Assembly (NCBI GenBank): GCA_020632875.1
Contig: JACKET010000025.1
Coordinates: 312 to 64,311 of the forward strand
DNA: 64,000 nt
Reading direction: 5' to 3'
Source: Alphaproteobacteria bacterium
Lineage (GTDB): Bacteria > Myxococcota_A > UBA796 > GCA-2862545
Shown in pieces: positions 1 through 7,634 of the stretch; within the stretch, counting starts at the first letter, position 1, and each line of letters starts with the position of its first letter. The notes under the pieces were generated by a model. The model saw only the letters and a list, made by a program, of their open reading frames with translations. It did not search any database and was not told the DNA's origin. The position numbers and the translations under genes are program-made.

Positions 1-339
1 CGCGGAGCCGGGCGAGCGGCTCCATCACGACGAGGGCGAGGGCCTCCGGCGCGGCGACGACCACGCGGCCCCCGACTCCCGAGCCGTGCCGCAGGAGCTC
101 GCGCTCCATGCGAGACACCCGCGCCTCCACGTCCGCCGCGGCCTCGAGCGCGATCCGCCCCGCGTCCGTCGGCTTCAGCGAGCCCTGGCGACGGTCGAAC
201 AGCGGCAGCCCGAGCTCGTCCTCCAGCCGATCGAGCCGTCGGTACAAGGTCGACGGCGCGACCCCCAGCGCCCGGGCGGCCGTGGCCACCGAACCGCTAC
301 GCGCCAGCCGCGCGACCCACTCGAGATGGTTCCAGTCCA
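1..339 (-). CDS. LysR-family transcriptional regulator (N-terminal part; C-terminus lies beyond the window start)
   Basis: Reverse-strand translation from the GTG at 339 reads VDWNHLEWVARLARSGSVATAARALGVAPSTLYRRLDRLEDELGLPLFDRRQGSLKPTDAG, a typical LysR winged-HTH. It is absent from the ORF track because it runs off the window edge. Confidence 0.8.
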
Positions 340-743
340 CCCGCCTCCTCCGCACCCGGAGCGTACACAGCCCGCGCCGACAGCACGAACGCTCCGACGA
401 GCTCCACGCACACGAGCAGCACGAAGTCCCGGTGCGGAAGGCCCTCCAGCGCCATCGACAGCACCCGCGAGAGCGGCGTCACCCAGAACAGGAACAGCAC
501 GAGCCGCGTGATCCGCGGGTCGACGAACACGTCCCGACGCAGCGTGAAGAGCGCGACGCCCCACGCGAGCTCGAGGGACTTCAGGAACCGCTGCTGGTTG
601 CGGAGGGTCACGAGGTCCCCCGCGACCTCCACCGGGTACAGCCAGGTCGACTCGAACCAGCTGGTCATCACGCCGAGCGCGCCCACGGCGACGAACACGA
701 CGATGGCGACCCAGAGCACGACCCTCGCGAGACGATCGATCAT
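297..743 (-). CDS. Small multi-pass membrane protein (DUF4345-like, uncertain)
   Basis: Internal ATG at 743 of the 297..1547 shadow ORF gives MIDRLARVVLWVAIVVFVAVGALGV..., with about four hydrophobic helices. The start overlaps the SDR stop (ATGA). Confidence 0.6.
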   Translation of the reverse strand: MIDRLARVVLWVAIVVFVAVGALGVMTSWFESTWLYPVEVAGDLVTLRNQQRFLKSLELAWGVALFTLRRDVFVDPRITRLVLFLFWVTPLSRVLSMALEGLPHRDFVLLVCVELVGAFVLSARAVYAPGAEEAGGLEPSRVGRAAGA

Positions 744-1522
744 GCCGCCGTCTCCCGGAGCGCCGGCGTGAACGCGTCCATCAGCCAGCGCGTCACCGCG
801 GGGAACCACCGCGTCAGCGCGTAGAACCGCGGGTGGACGAGCCGCGCCCGGCCCGCGAGCGCCGCGCGGACGACGCGCTCCGCGAGCACCTCCGCGGTGA
901 CGACCGGCTGCAGGCGCAGCGCGAGCGACGGGCCGAACGCGCGGATGGCGGCGTCCGCCATGTCGGTCTGCACGATGCCCGGGTACACCGTGGTGACCGT
1001 GACTCCGCTGCCTGCGAGCTCGCCGCGGAGCGCCTCGGAAGCGGCGGCGAGCCCGCCCTTCGCCGCGTTGTACCAGGTCATCCCGGGCGTCGGCGCCAGG
1101 GCCGCGGCCGACGCGATGTTCACGATGCGCCCGGCTCCCCGCGCGGTCATGGCCGGCAGCACGGCGCGCACGAGGCGCAGCGGCGTGACGAGGTCCAGCA
1201 CGAGGCTCCGCTCCGCAGCCGCGATGTCGATCGACGCCGTGCGTCCGACCACCTGGGACCCGGCGTTGTTCACGAGCACGTCGACCGGCCCGCTGGCCTC
1301 CACGGCGCGGCGGAGCACGTCCTCCGCGGCGTCGGGATCGGACAGATCGCAGGGCAGCACCACGGCAGAGGCGCCGAGAGCGCGAAGATCGGCCGCGACC
1401 CGCTCCAGCGCGGCCGCATCGCGGGACACGATCGACAGGCGCGCGCCGGGCACGCGCCGGGCGAGCTCCCGCGCGAGGGCGGCGCCGATTCCGGCCGAGG
1501 CGCCGGTGACGAAGACGTGCAT
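740..1522 (-). CDS. Short-chain dehydrogenase/reductase (SDR)
   Basis: Start reset to MHVFVTGASAGIG (the TGxxxGxG cofactor motif). NNAG, a YNAAK catalytic pair and about 260 aa are present. Confidence 0.9.
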   Translation of the reverse strand: MHVFVTGASAGIGAALARELARRVPGARLSIVSRDAAALERVAADLRALGASAVVLPCDLSDPDAAEDVLRRAVEASGPVDVLVNNAGSQVVGRTASIDIAAAERSLVLDLVTPLRLVRAVLPAMTARGAGRIVNIASAAALAPTPGMTWYNAAKGGLAAASEALRGELAGSGVTVTTVYPGIVQTDMADAAIRAFGPSLALRLQPVVTAEVLAERVVRAALAGRARLVHPRFYALTRWFPAVTRWLMDAFTPALRETAA

Positions 1523-1590
1523 GACAGCTCCAGGTTGCGCCGTGCACGTAGGCCGTCCGCCGCTCGCACGGACGCGAGACCCGATTCGCC

Positions 1591-2499
1591 TCAGCGCAAT
1601 CCCTGGTGGAGCGGCCGGATCTCGACCCCGTCCCGCAGATCGGAGGTCGAACGGTACCTCCCGCCGAGATCGAGGCGCAGGTAGCGCTTCAGCGGGTCGT
1701 ACAGCCCGAAGCTCGTCGAGACGCACACGTGGTGGTCGCTCTCGACGACGTAGCCCTCGCGCACGATGTCGTGCCCGAACGCCACGAATCCCTCACGGCT
1801 CCCCGTCAGGCTCGCGAGCAGCGCACGGGCGTCTTCGGCCGCGCAGGCCCGCGCCCACAGCAGCGCGCCCACGACGCCGCTGCGCATCATCTGGTGGAAC
1901 GCCAGATCGTCGTATCCGGCGTACTCGAGCGCCTCGAACGACTCCGCGTCGGGCAGTGTGGAGGCGGGTGCCGCATGGGTCAGCACGACGCCGCAGGGCG
2001 CCACCGCGACGAGCGGGAAGCTCTCGAAGAACGACCGCATCCGCAGTGCGTCCGCACCGAGCGCGTCCTCGAGCACCTGCGCTTCGTTCGGATAGAACTT
2101 CGGGACCACCGGACCGCCGATGTGCGCGTGCTCGTGGTTCCCGACGAGGCTGAACATGCGGTGGTCGCGGCTCAACGCCTCGAACGCCCGGATCAGCTCG
2201 ACCGACTCGTCGCGGTAGGGCGTGCCGAGGTGCGACGGCCAGCTCTCTTCGACGTCGGGCGACGGGCCGTGCACGAGGTCGCCGCAGAACGCGAGGACGG
2301 GCTGGTTGCCGGCGGCCTCCTCCTCTTCGTAGATCGCGAGCATCCGCTCGAAATCGCCGAAATTCCCGTGCAGATCGGTGCACACGAGCAGCACGCCCTC
2401 GTCGGGCAGGCGCGCCACCTTCCGATTCCACACCCCGGAGAGAGCCCTTCGCACCGAACGCCCATACCACCCCTGTGCCGATGGGCTACCTTTCGACAT
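1591..2499 (-). CDS. Calcineurin-like metallophosphoesterase
   Basis: Motifs LLVCTDLHGN, FCGDLVHGP, VGNHEH and THAAP are present. The start is uncertain: ATG at 2499 or GTG at 2418. Confidence 0.8.
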   Translation of the reverse strand: MSKGSPSAQGWYGRSVRRALSGVWNRKVARLPDEGVLLVCTDLHGNFGDFERMLAIYEEEEAAGNQPVLAFCGDLVHGPSPDVEESWPSHLGTPYRDESVELIRAFEALSRDHRMFSLVGNHEHAHIGGPVVPKFYPNEAQVLEDALGADALRMRSFFESFPLVAVAPCGVVLTHAAPASTLPDAESFEALEYAGYDDLAFHQMMRSGVVGALLWARACAAEDARALLASLTGSREGFVAFGHDIVREGYVVESDHHVCVSTSFGLYDPLKRYLRLDLGGRYRSTSDLRDGVEIRPLHQGLR

Positions 2500-4099
2500 G
2501 CTCCGGACCTGGCCGCTGCTGCTGCTGCTCGGGTGCCCCGCGCCCTCCGACACGGCAGCCCCTCACCCGACCCCGCCGCCCGACACGGGCGACACGCCGC
2601 GGCCGGCCATCGTCGTCGAGGCCCTGCCCTCGCTGGCGTGCGCCGACCCCGCCACGCGCATCTCGGCGGGCCCATTCGCGACGTACGAGGCGGGCGACTG
2701 GGGCGAGCAGCCGTTCGATCCGCCGCGCGACCACTTCGTGATGGGGTCGGGGCTCGCGGTCGGCGACCTCGACGACGACGGGTGGAACGACATCGTCGTC
2801 CCGCGGCGCACGGGACTCGAGCTCTACCTCGGCGACGGCGCCGGCGGGCTGGTCGAGCACTCCCTGCCGGACGTGGGCGAGGGCGGCGTTGGGGCGGCGG
2901 TCGTGGACTTCGACGGCGACGGCGACCTCGACGTGTACCTCTCGCAGTACCAGGCGCACGACCGGCTGCTCGTGAACGAGGGCGGAGCGCGCTTCCGCGA
3001 CGGCACGGCCGAAGCGGGGATCGGCGAGCACCCGTACGGCGTCGGGTCGAGCTGGGCCGACTTCGATCTCGACGGCGACCTCGACCTGCTCGTGCTCGAG
3101 CACGGCAACTGGCTCATCGTGAAGTCGGTCGAGTCGCACCTCTACGAGAACCTCGGCGACGGCACGTTCGCGAGGATGGAGGGCGTCTTCTCCGGGCTCG
3201 ACGGCTACGGCCACACCCTCGCGGGCGGCTTCCTCGACCTCGACCACGACGCGCTGCCCGACCTCTACCTCGTCAACGACTACGGCTGGATCCGCCCCAA
3301 CCACGGGTTCACGAACCGCGGCGACGGCGTGTTCGAGACGGTGCCGCCGGCGATGGGGCTCGACCTGCGCGTGTGCGGGATGGGGCTCGCGGCCACCGAC
3401 CTCAACGGCGACGACCTGCCCGACCTGTTCATGCCCTCGTGGACCGAGCTGCGGCTGCTCCAGAGCTACGAAGGCATCGGGTGGGTCGACACCACCGCGA
3501 CCTCGGGCATCACCGCGAGCACCGACGACGGGCGCCATGTGGCGTGGGGCTCCGACTTCGGGGACGTCGACAACGACGGCGACGAAGACCTGATCGTCGG
3601 GTTCGGCTTCATCCCCGCCAACATCCCGAACCCCGTCGCGCAGCCCGATGCGCTCTACCTCCAGCAGGAGGGCGCGTTCGTCGAGGTCTCCCAGCTCTTC
3701 GGCGTCGCCGACCCCGGCGTCACGCGCGGAACCCTGCTCGTCGACGTCGACGGAGACGGCTGGCTCGACCTCGTGAAGCGCAACCGCAACGCCCCCGCCG
3801 TGCTGCGCCCCGCACGCTGCGGGCTCGGGTCCTGGCTCGGCGTGCAGCTGTTCGACGAGACGTCCGCGAACACCCGCGGCGTCGGGGCGACCATCCGGGT
3901 GCAGGCGCTGGGCCGCTCGCTGTCGCGCGTGGTGCGCGCGGGCGGGCGGAGCCTCGCGTCCGGCGGGCCTCCCGAGGTGCACTTCGGGCTCGACGGCGTC
4001 GAGGTCGTGACCCTCGAGATCGAGTGGCCCGACGGCCGCCACGACGTGCTCGAAGACGTCCCCGCCCGGCAGCGCGTCCGCGTGCGTCGGCTCGAATGA
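2498..4099 (+). CDS. FG-GAP/VCBS repeat plus ASPIC/UnbV-type exported lipoprotein (CRTAC1 family)
   Basis: MLRTWPLLLLLGC is a lipobox-like signal. Repeated DxDGDGxxD motifs occur (VGDLDDDGWNDIVV, VVDFDGDGDLDVYL, ADFDLDGDLDLLV). The C-terminus GVGATIRVQALGRSLSRVVRAGGRSLASGG is typical of the ASPIC/UnbV domain. Confidence 0.85.
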   Translation: MLRTWPLLLLLGCPAPSDTAAPHPTPPPDTGDTPRPAIVVEALPSLACADPATRISAGPFATYEAGDWGEQPFDPPRDHFVMGSGLAVGDLDDDGWNDIVVPRRTGLELYLGDGAGGLVEHSLPDVGEGGVGAAVVDFDGDGDLDVYLSQYQAHDRLLVNEGGARFRDGTAEAGIGEHPYGVGSSWADFDLDGDLDLLVLEHGNWLIVKSVESHLYENLGDGTFARMEGVFSGLDGYGHTLAGGFLDLDHDALPDLYLVNDYGWIRPNHGFTNRGDGVFETVPPAMGLDLRVCGMGLAATDLNGDDLPDLFMPSWTELRLLQSYEGIGWVDTTATSGITASTDDGRHVAWGSDFGDVDNDGDEDLIVGFGFIPANIPNPVAQPDALYLQQEGAFVEVSQLFGVADPGVTRGTLLVDVDGDGWLDLVKRNRNAPAVLRPARCGLGSWLGVQLFDETSANTRGVGATIRVQALGRSLSRVVRAGGRSLASGGPPEVHFGLDGVEVVTLEIEWPDGRHDVLEDVPARQRVRVRRLE

Positions 4100-5571
4100 C
4101 CGGGGGCCCCGGGTTCGACCCCGTCGATGCGCTCGATCGCGAGCTCGTGGCGCTCACCCACCCGCCGGACTGGGTCAATCCGGTGCCGGACGGTCGCTAC
4201 AACCTGGTCGCCGTCGGCGGTGGCACGGCCGGCCTGGTCGCGGCGATCGGCGCGGCGCGGCTCGGGGGGCGGGTCGCGTTGATCGAAGGCGGCCTGATGG
4301 GTGGGGACTGCCTGAGCTGGGGGTGCGTGCCGAGCAAGGCGCTGCTCGCGAGCGCCCGGGCGGCGCAGGCCGCGCGCGATGCCGGGCGGTACGGCGTGCG
4401 GACGGGCCCGGTCGAGGTCGACTTCGCGGCCGTGATGGCGCGGATGCGGCAGCTCCGAACGCACATCGCGCACCACGACTCGTTCGAGCGCGTCCGGGGC
4501 GAAGGCGTCGACACCTACCGCGGCATGGCGCGCTTCACGGGCCCCGACACCCTCGAGGTCGGCGGGGCCACGCTGACGTTCGCCCGGGCGGTCGTCGCGA
4601 CGGGCGCGCGGGCCGCGATCCCCGACGTGCCGGGGCTCGCAGACGTGGCGCCGCTCACCAACGAGACCGTGTTCCAGCTCGACGCCCTGCCCACCCGGCT
4701 GCTGGTGCTCGGCGCGGGGCCCGTGGGATGCGAGCTCGGCCAGGCGTTCCGCCGGTTCGGGAGCGACGTGACCCTGGTGGAGCAGGCGCCCCGCGTGCTG
4801 CCCGCCGAAGACCCCGACGCGAGCGCGGTGCTCGAGGCCCGCCTCACCCGCGAGGGCGTGCAGGTGCTGACCTCCGCGGCGGCCGAGCGCTTCGCCGCGG
4901 GCTCGGCGACGGTGCGGGTGGGTGGCGAGGTGCGCGAGGTGCCGTTCGACCGCGTGCTGGTCGCGGCGGGGCGCACGCCGAACGTCGCGGGGCTCGGGCT
5001 CGAAGCGGCCGGGGTCCGCTGGGACGCCGCCGGCGTGCACACGAACGCGTGGCTGCAGACCGACAACCCGCGGATCTACGCGTCGGGCGACGTGGCCGCC
5101 GGCGTGCCGCGCCTGACGCACGCCGCCGACGAGACCAGCCGGCGGGTGCTGCGGAACGCCCTGTTCTTCGGCCGACAGTCCCGCGAGGACATGGTGATCC
5201 CGCGCGTGACGTACACCGAGCCCGAGGTCGCGCACGTCGGCGCGGATGCCGGGAGCGAGGTCCACCGCTACGCCTTCGCGGAGGTCGACCGCGCCATCCT
5301 CGACGGCGACACGGAGGGCTTCGTGAAGGTCGTCGTCGACGGCGGCATCGTCGTGGGCGGCACGGTCGTCGGGGCCCACGCGGGCGAGCTGATCGGGCTG
5401 CTGTCCGTCGCGGTCACCTCGCGGATGCCGGTGGCCCGCCTCTCCGAGGCCGTGCAGCCCTACCCCACGCGGGTCGACGCGCTGCGACGTGCGGCGTTCG
5501 CGTCCCAGCAGGCCCGCCTCGGCCCCACGGCCCGCGAGACCCTCGCGACCCTCCTGCGCTGGCGGCGTTGA
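4096..5571 (+). CDS. FAD-dependent pyridine nucleotide-disulfide oxidoreductase (dihydrolipoamide dehydrogenase / mercuric reductase-like)
   Basis: VAVGGGTAGLVAA is the FAD fold. GGDCLSWGCVPSK is the redox CxxxxC. LGAGPVGCELGQ is the NAD(P) fold, and a C-terminal dimerisation region is present. The ATG at 4096 overlaps the upstream stop (ATGA). Confidence 0.9.
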   Translation: MTGGPGFDPVDALDRELVALTHPPDWVNPVPDGRYNLVAVGGGTAGLVAAIGAARLGGRVALIEGGLMGGDCLSWGCVPSKALLASARAAQAARDAGRYGVRTGPVEVDFAAVMARMRQLRTHIAHHDSFERVRGEGVDTYRGMARFTGPDTLEVGGATLTFARAVVATGARAAIPDVPGLADVAPLTNETVFQLDALPTRLLVLGAGPVGCELGQAFRRFGSDVTLVEQAPRVLPAEDPDASAVLEARLTREGVQVLTSAAAERFAAGSATVRVGGEVREVPFDRVLVAAGRTPNVAGLGLEAAGVRWDAAGVHTNAWLQTDNPRIYASGDVAAGVPRLTHAADETSRRVLRNALFFGRQSREDMVIPRVTYTEPEVAHVGADAGSEVHRYAFAEVDRAILDGDTEGFVKVVVDGGIVVGGTVVGAHAGELIGLLSVAVTSRMPVARLSEAVQPYPTRVDALRRAAFASQQARLGPTARETLATLLRWRR

Positions 5572-5616
5572 GATCTCGCGGGCACGACGCCCGCTTGCGG
5601 GCGGTGGCCGACGGAC

Positions 5617-6279
5617 TCAGCGCAGGGCGGCGAGCTGCCCGGCCGTGAGCCCCGCCGCGCAGGTCGGGTCGCGCACCTCGTTCATCGCGTTGCCCGGCGT
5701 GCCGTCGTGGGCGAGGCCCAGCGCGTGCCCGAGCTCGTGGGCGAGCAGCGAGCGCGCGGCGTCCGGCGAATCGAGCGCATCGGCGTCGACGAGCAGGAAG
5801 GGCGTGAACGGCGCCTCGCCGAGCCCCTCCCGGATGACCTGCCCCTCCGGGCTGCCGAGGGCCTCGGGGTGCAGGCCGAGCCCCTGCAGCGCGACCGTTC
5901 GCGCGAGCCGCGAGCGCGGGTCGACGATCTCCCGCACGACCACGAGGTGGACCGCCGTCTGCGCGGGCCGAGCGTGGGCATCGAGGAACCCGCGCAGCCC
6001 GGCCAGCTCGTCCTGTCCGCTCTCGGGGTGGGCCCCGAGCAGGCTGCCCTCCACGCGGCCCACCCGGCCGACCGGCGCGAGCTCGAGGCCCCAGCGGTGG
6101 ACCCGTCCCGCCAGGAGCCCGTAGGCACGGGCGACCTCGGCGTCCGTCACGCCATCTCCCCGCCACAGTCGGACCTCCAGCGCACGGGGCTCCGCGAGGG
6201 CCGGCAGCGCGTCACAGGCCGGCAGCGCGTCGGGGATCGGGCCCGGCGCGGCGGCACACGCGACGAGCCAGGGGATCAC
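5617..6279 (-). CDS. Metzincin-type zinc metalloprotease, lipoprotein
   Basis: GTG start gives VIPWLVACAAAPG (lipobox). HELGHALGLAHD matches HExxHxxGxxH(D), followed by a Met-turn-like NAMN. The start overlaps the upstream stop (GTGA). Confidence 0.8.
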   Translation of the reverse strand: MIPWLVACAAAPGPIPDALPACDALPALAEPRALEVRLWRGDGVTDAEVARAYGLLAGRVHRWGLELAPVGRVGRVEGSLLGAHPESGQDELAGLRGFLDAHARPAQTAVHLVVVREIVDPRSRLARTVALQGLGLHPEALGSPEGQVIREGLGEAPFTPFLLVDADALDSPDAARSLLAHELGHALGLAHDGTPGNAMNEVRDPTCAAGLTAGQLAALR

Positions 6280-7634
6280 GGGAGCTGCGCGGCCCAGCTC
6301 GCCGTGTCGACGTCGTAGATCGGCAGGGCAGCCGCCTCGTCGGTCATCCCGAGGGTGCGCAGCAGGTGCGGCGGGAGCGGCCGGAAGCGCAGGCGCGCCT
6401 GGGCCGTGAGCTCCTGCGCGCCCGCCGGGATGGGCACGAACAGCGACCACGTGCGCGTGTACTCCGGCGAGAGCGCGGCGCTCGTGTGCTCGGTCGCGAC
6501 CCACGAGAACAGGGTGAGGTCGCCGTTCGCGTCGGTGAACTGGCTGGAGAGCGAGATCAGGTCGTCGTCGCCGTACGGGTCGAGCGCGCTCCACCGGTCG
6601 CGCAGGTCGCCGTTCGCATCCAGCGTGCCCGTCTCGAAGACCGTCACACCGTCGGCCTGCACCACGAGCTCGACCCAGACCTGGCGCAGGAAGGTCGAGC
6701 CGGTCGGGAAGTTGTGCGCGTCGATGCGGTTGTGCACCGTGACGACGGCCGTTCCGAGCTGCCCCGGTGTGGCTTCGACGAGGTCGAGCTCGATGTCGGC
6801 GGCGCTCTCGAGCAGCGCGGTGATGCGCTGGGTCATCAGCTCGCGCGTCGGCGCGTCGACGAAGCCCTCGGTCAGCGGGAGGTCGACGCCGATGAACCGG
6901 TGCTCGTGCAGCGTGCGGTCGGCCGCGCCGATCGCCGCGGGCCCGATGCGCTCGGGCATGTGGCACGACTGGCACGGACGTCCCTCTTCGGCCGCGCGGC
7001 TCTCCCGCCACTCGGCGAACGGGCGCTCGAGCGGCAGCCCGCTCGTCTCGCGCACGTCGTGGCACGAGCCGCAGAAGTCGGACTGGCCGAGCACGGGGAG
7101 CGTCTCGGTCGCGTGGAACGGGCTCGTGGAGGTGCCGGTGCCGCGCATCGGGCCGGTGGGATCGAGCTCGTGGCCGGCGTTGTAGGGCCGCACGACCGCC
7201 GAGACCTTGTGGCAGCTCTCGCAGGTGATGCCCTCGAGCACGATGGGCGGCAGCGCATCGAACTCGAACGCGCTGACGCACTCGCCTCCCCGGGTTCCGA
7301 TCGCGGAGTGGCACTGGGTGCAGAACTGGTCTTCACGACCGCCGAGATCGACCTGGCGGAGCTCGACGAGCCGCTGGAACACCGGGTCGACCATCGCGTA
7401 GGCGTGCATCGAGCTCGACCACTCGGTCACGTGGTCGGGGTGGCACGTGGCGCAGACCTGGGCGCTCTGGAACTCGGACGGGTCGTGCGTGGGCGTTCGC
7501 GGCATCGACAGCGGGTCGTGCACGAGGCCGTCGCCCGTGTCGGTGTCGGGCGTGTCGGTGTCGGTGTCCGTGTCGGTGTCGGTGTCGACGGGCTTCTTGC
7601 AGCCGAGCACGGCGAGCAGGAGCAGGCCGCTCAC
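6276..7634 (-). CDS. Multiheme (five CxxCH) cytochrome c lipoprotein
   Basis: VSGLLLLAVLGCKKPVDTDTDTDTDTDT forms a signal, lipobox and DT linker. Heme motifs are CATCH, CTQCH, CESCH, CGSCH and CQSCH. GTGA overlaps occur at both ends. Confidence 0.85.
   Translation of the reverse strand: MSGLLLLAVLGCKKPVDTDTDTDTDTDTPDTDTGDGLVHDPLSMPRTPTHDPSEFQSAQVCATCHPDHVTEWSSSMHAYAMVDPVFQRLVELRQVDLGGREDQFCTQCHSAIGTRGGECVSAFEFDALPPIVLEGITCESCHKVSAVVRPYNAGHELDPTGPMRGTGTSTSPFHATETLPVLGQSDFCGSCHDVRETSGLPLERPFAEWRESRAAEEGRPCQSCHMPERIGPAAIGAADRTLHEHRFIGVDLPLTEGFVDAPTRELMTQRITALLESAADIELDLVEATPGQLGTAVVTVHNRIDAHNFPTGSTFLRQVWVELVVQADGVTVFETGTLDANGDLRDRWSALDPYGDDDLISLSSQFTDANGDLTLFSWVATEHTSAALSPEYTRTWSLFVPIPAGAQELTAQARLRFRPLPPHLLRTLGMTDEAAALPIYDVDTASWAAQLP

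Noticed and set aside
2497-2500. Divergent ATG start codons of the metallophosphoesterase (2499, minus) and the CRTAC1 lipoprotein (2498, plus) overlap by 2 nt, leaving no promoter space.
   Set aside because: This is most likely a start-site artefact. The phosphoesterase can start at the in-frame GTG at 2418 (VARLPDEGVLLVCTDLHG), which restores an ~80-bp divergent promoter region.
1606-4095. The N-terminal two thirds of the 1321-aa ORF 1606..5571, and similar very long Arg/Pro/Ala-rich ORFs (for example 297..1547, 6276..10070 upstream parts, 13821..17078, 18137..20524, 34800..37955).
   Set aside because: These are high-GC shadow reading frames. Only their 3' portions, downstream of sensible internal starts, show real protein signatures. 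The rest is low-complexity R/P/A/G sequence overlapping well-supported genes on the other strand or frame.
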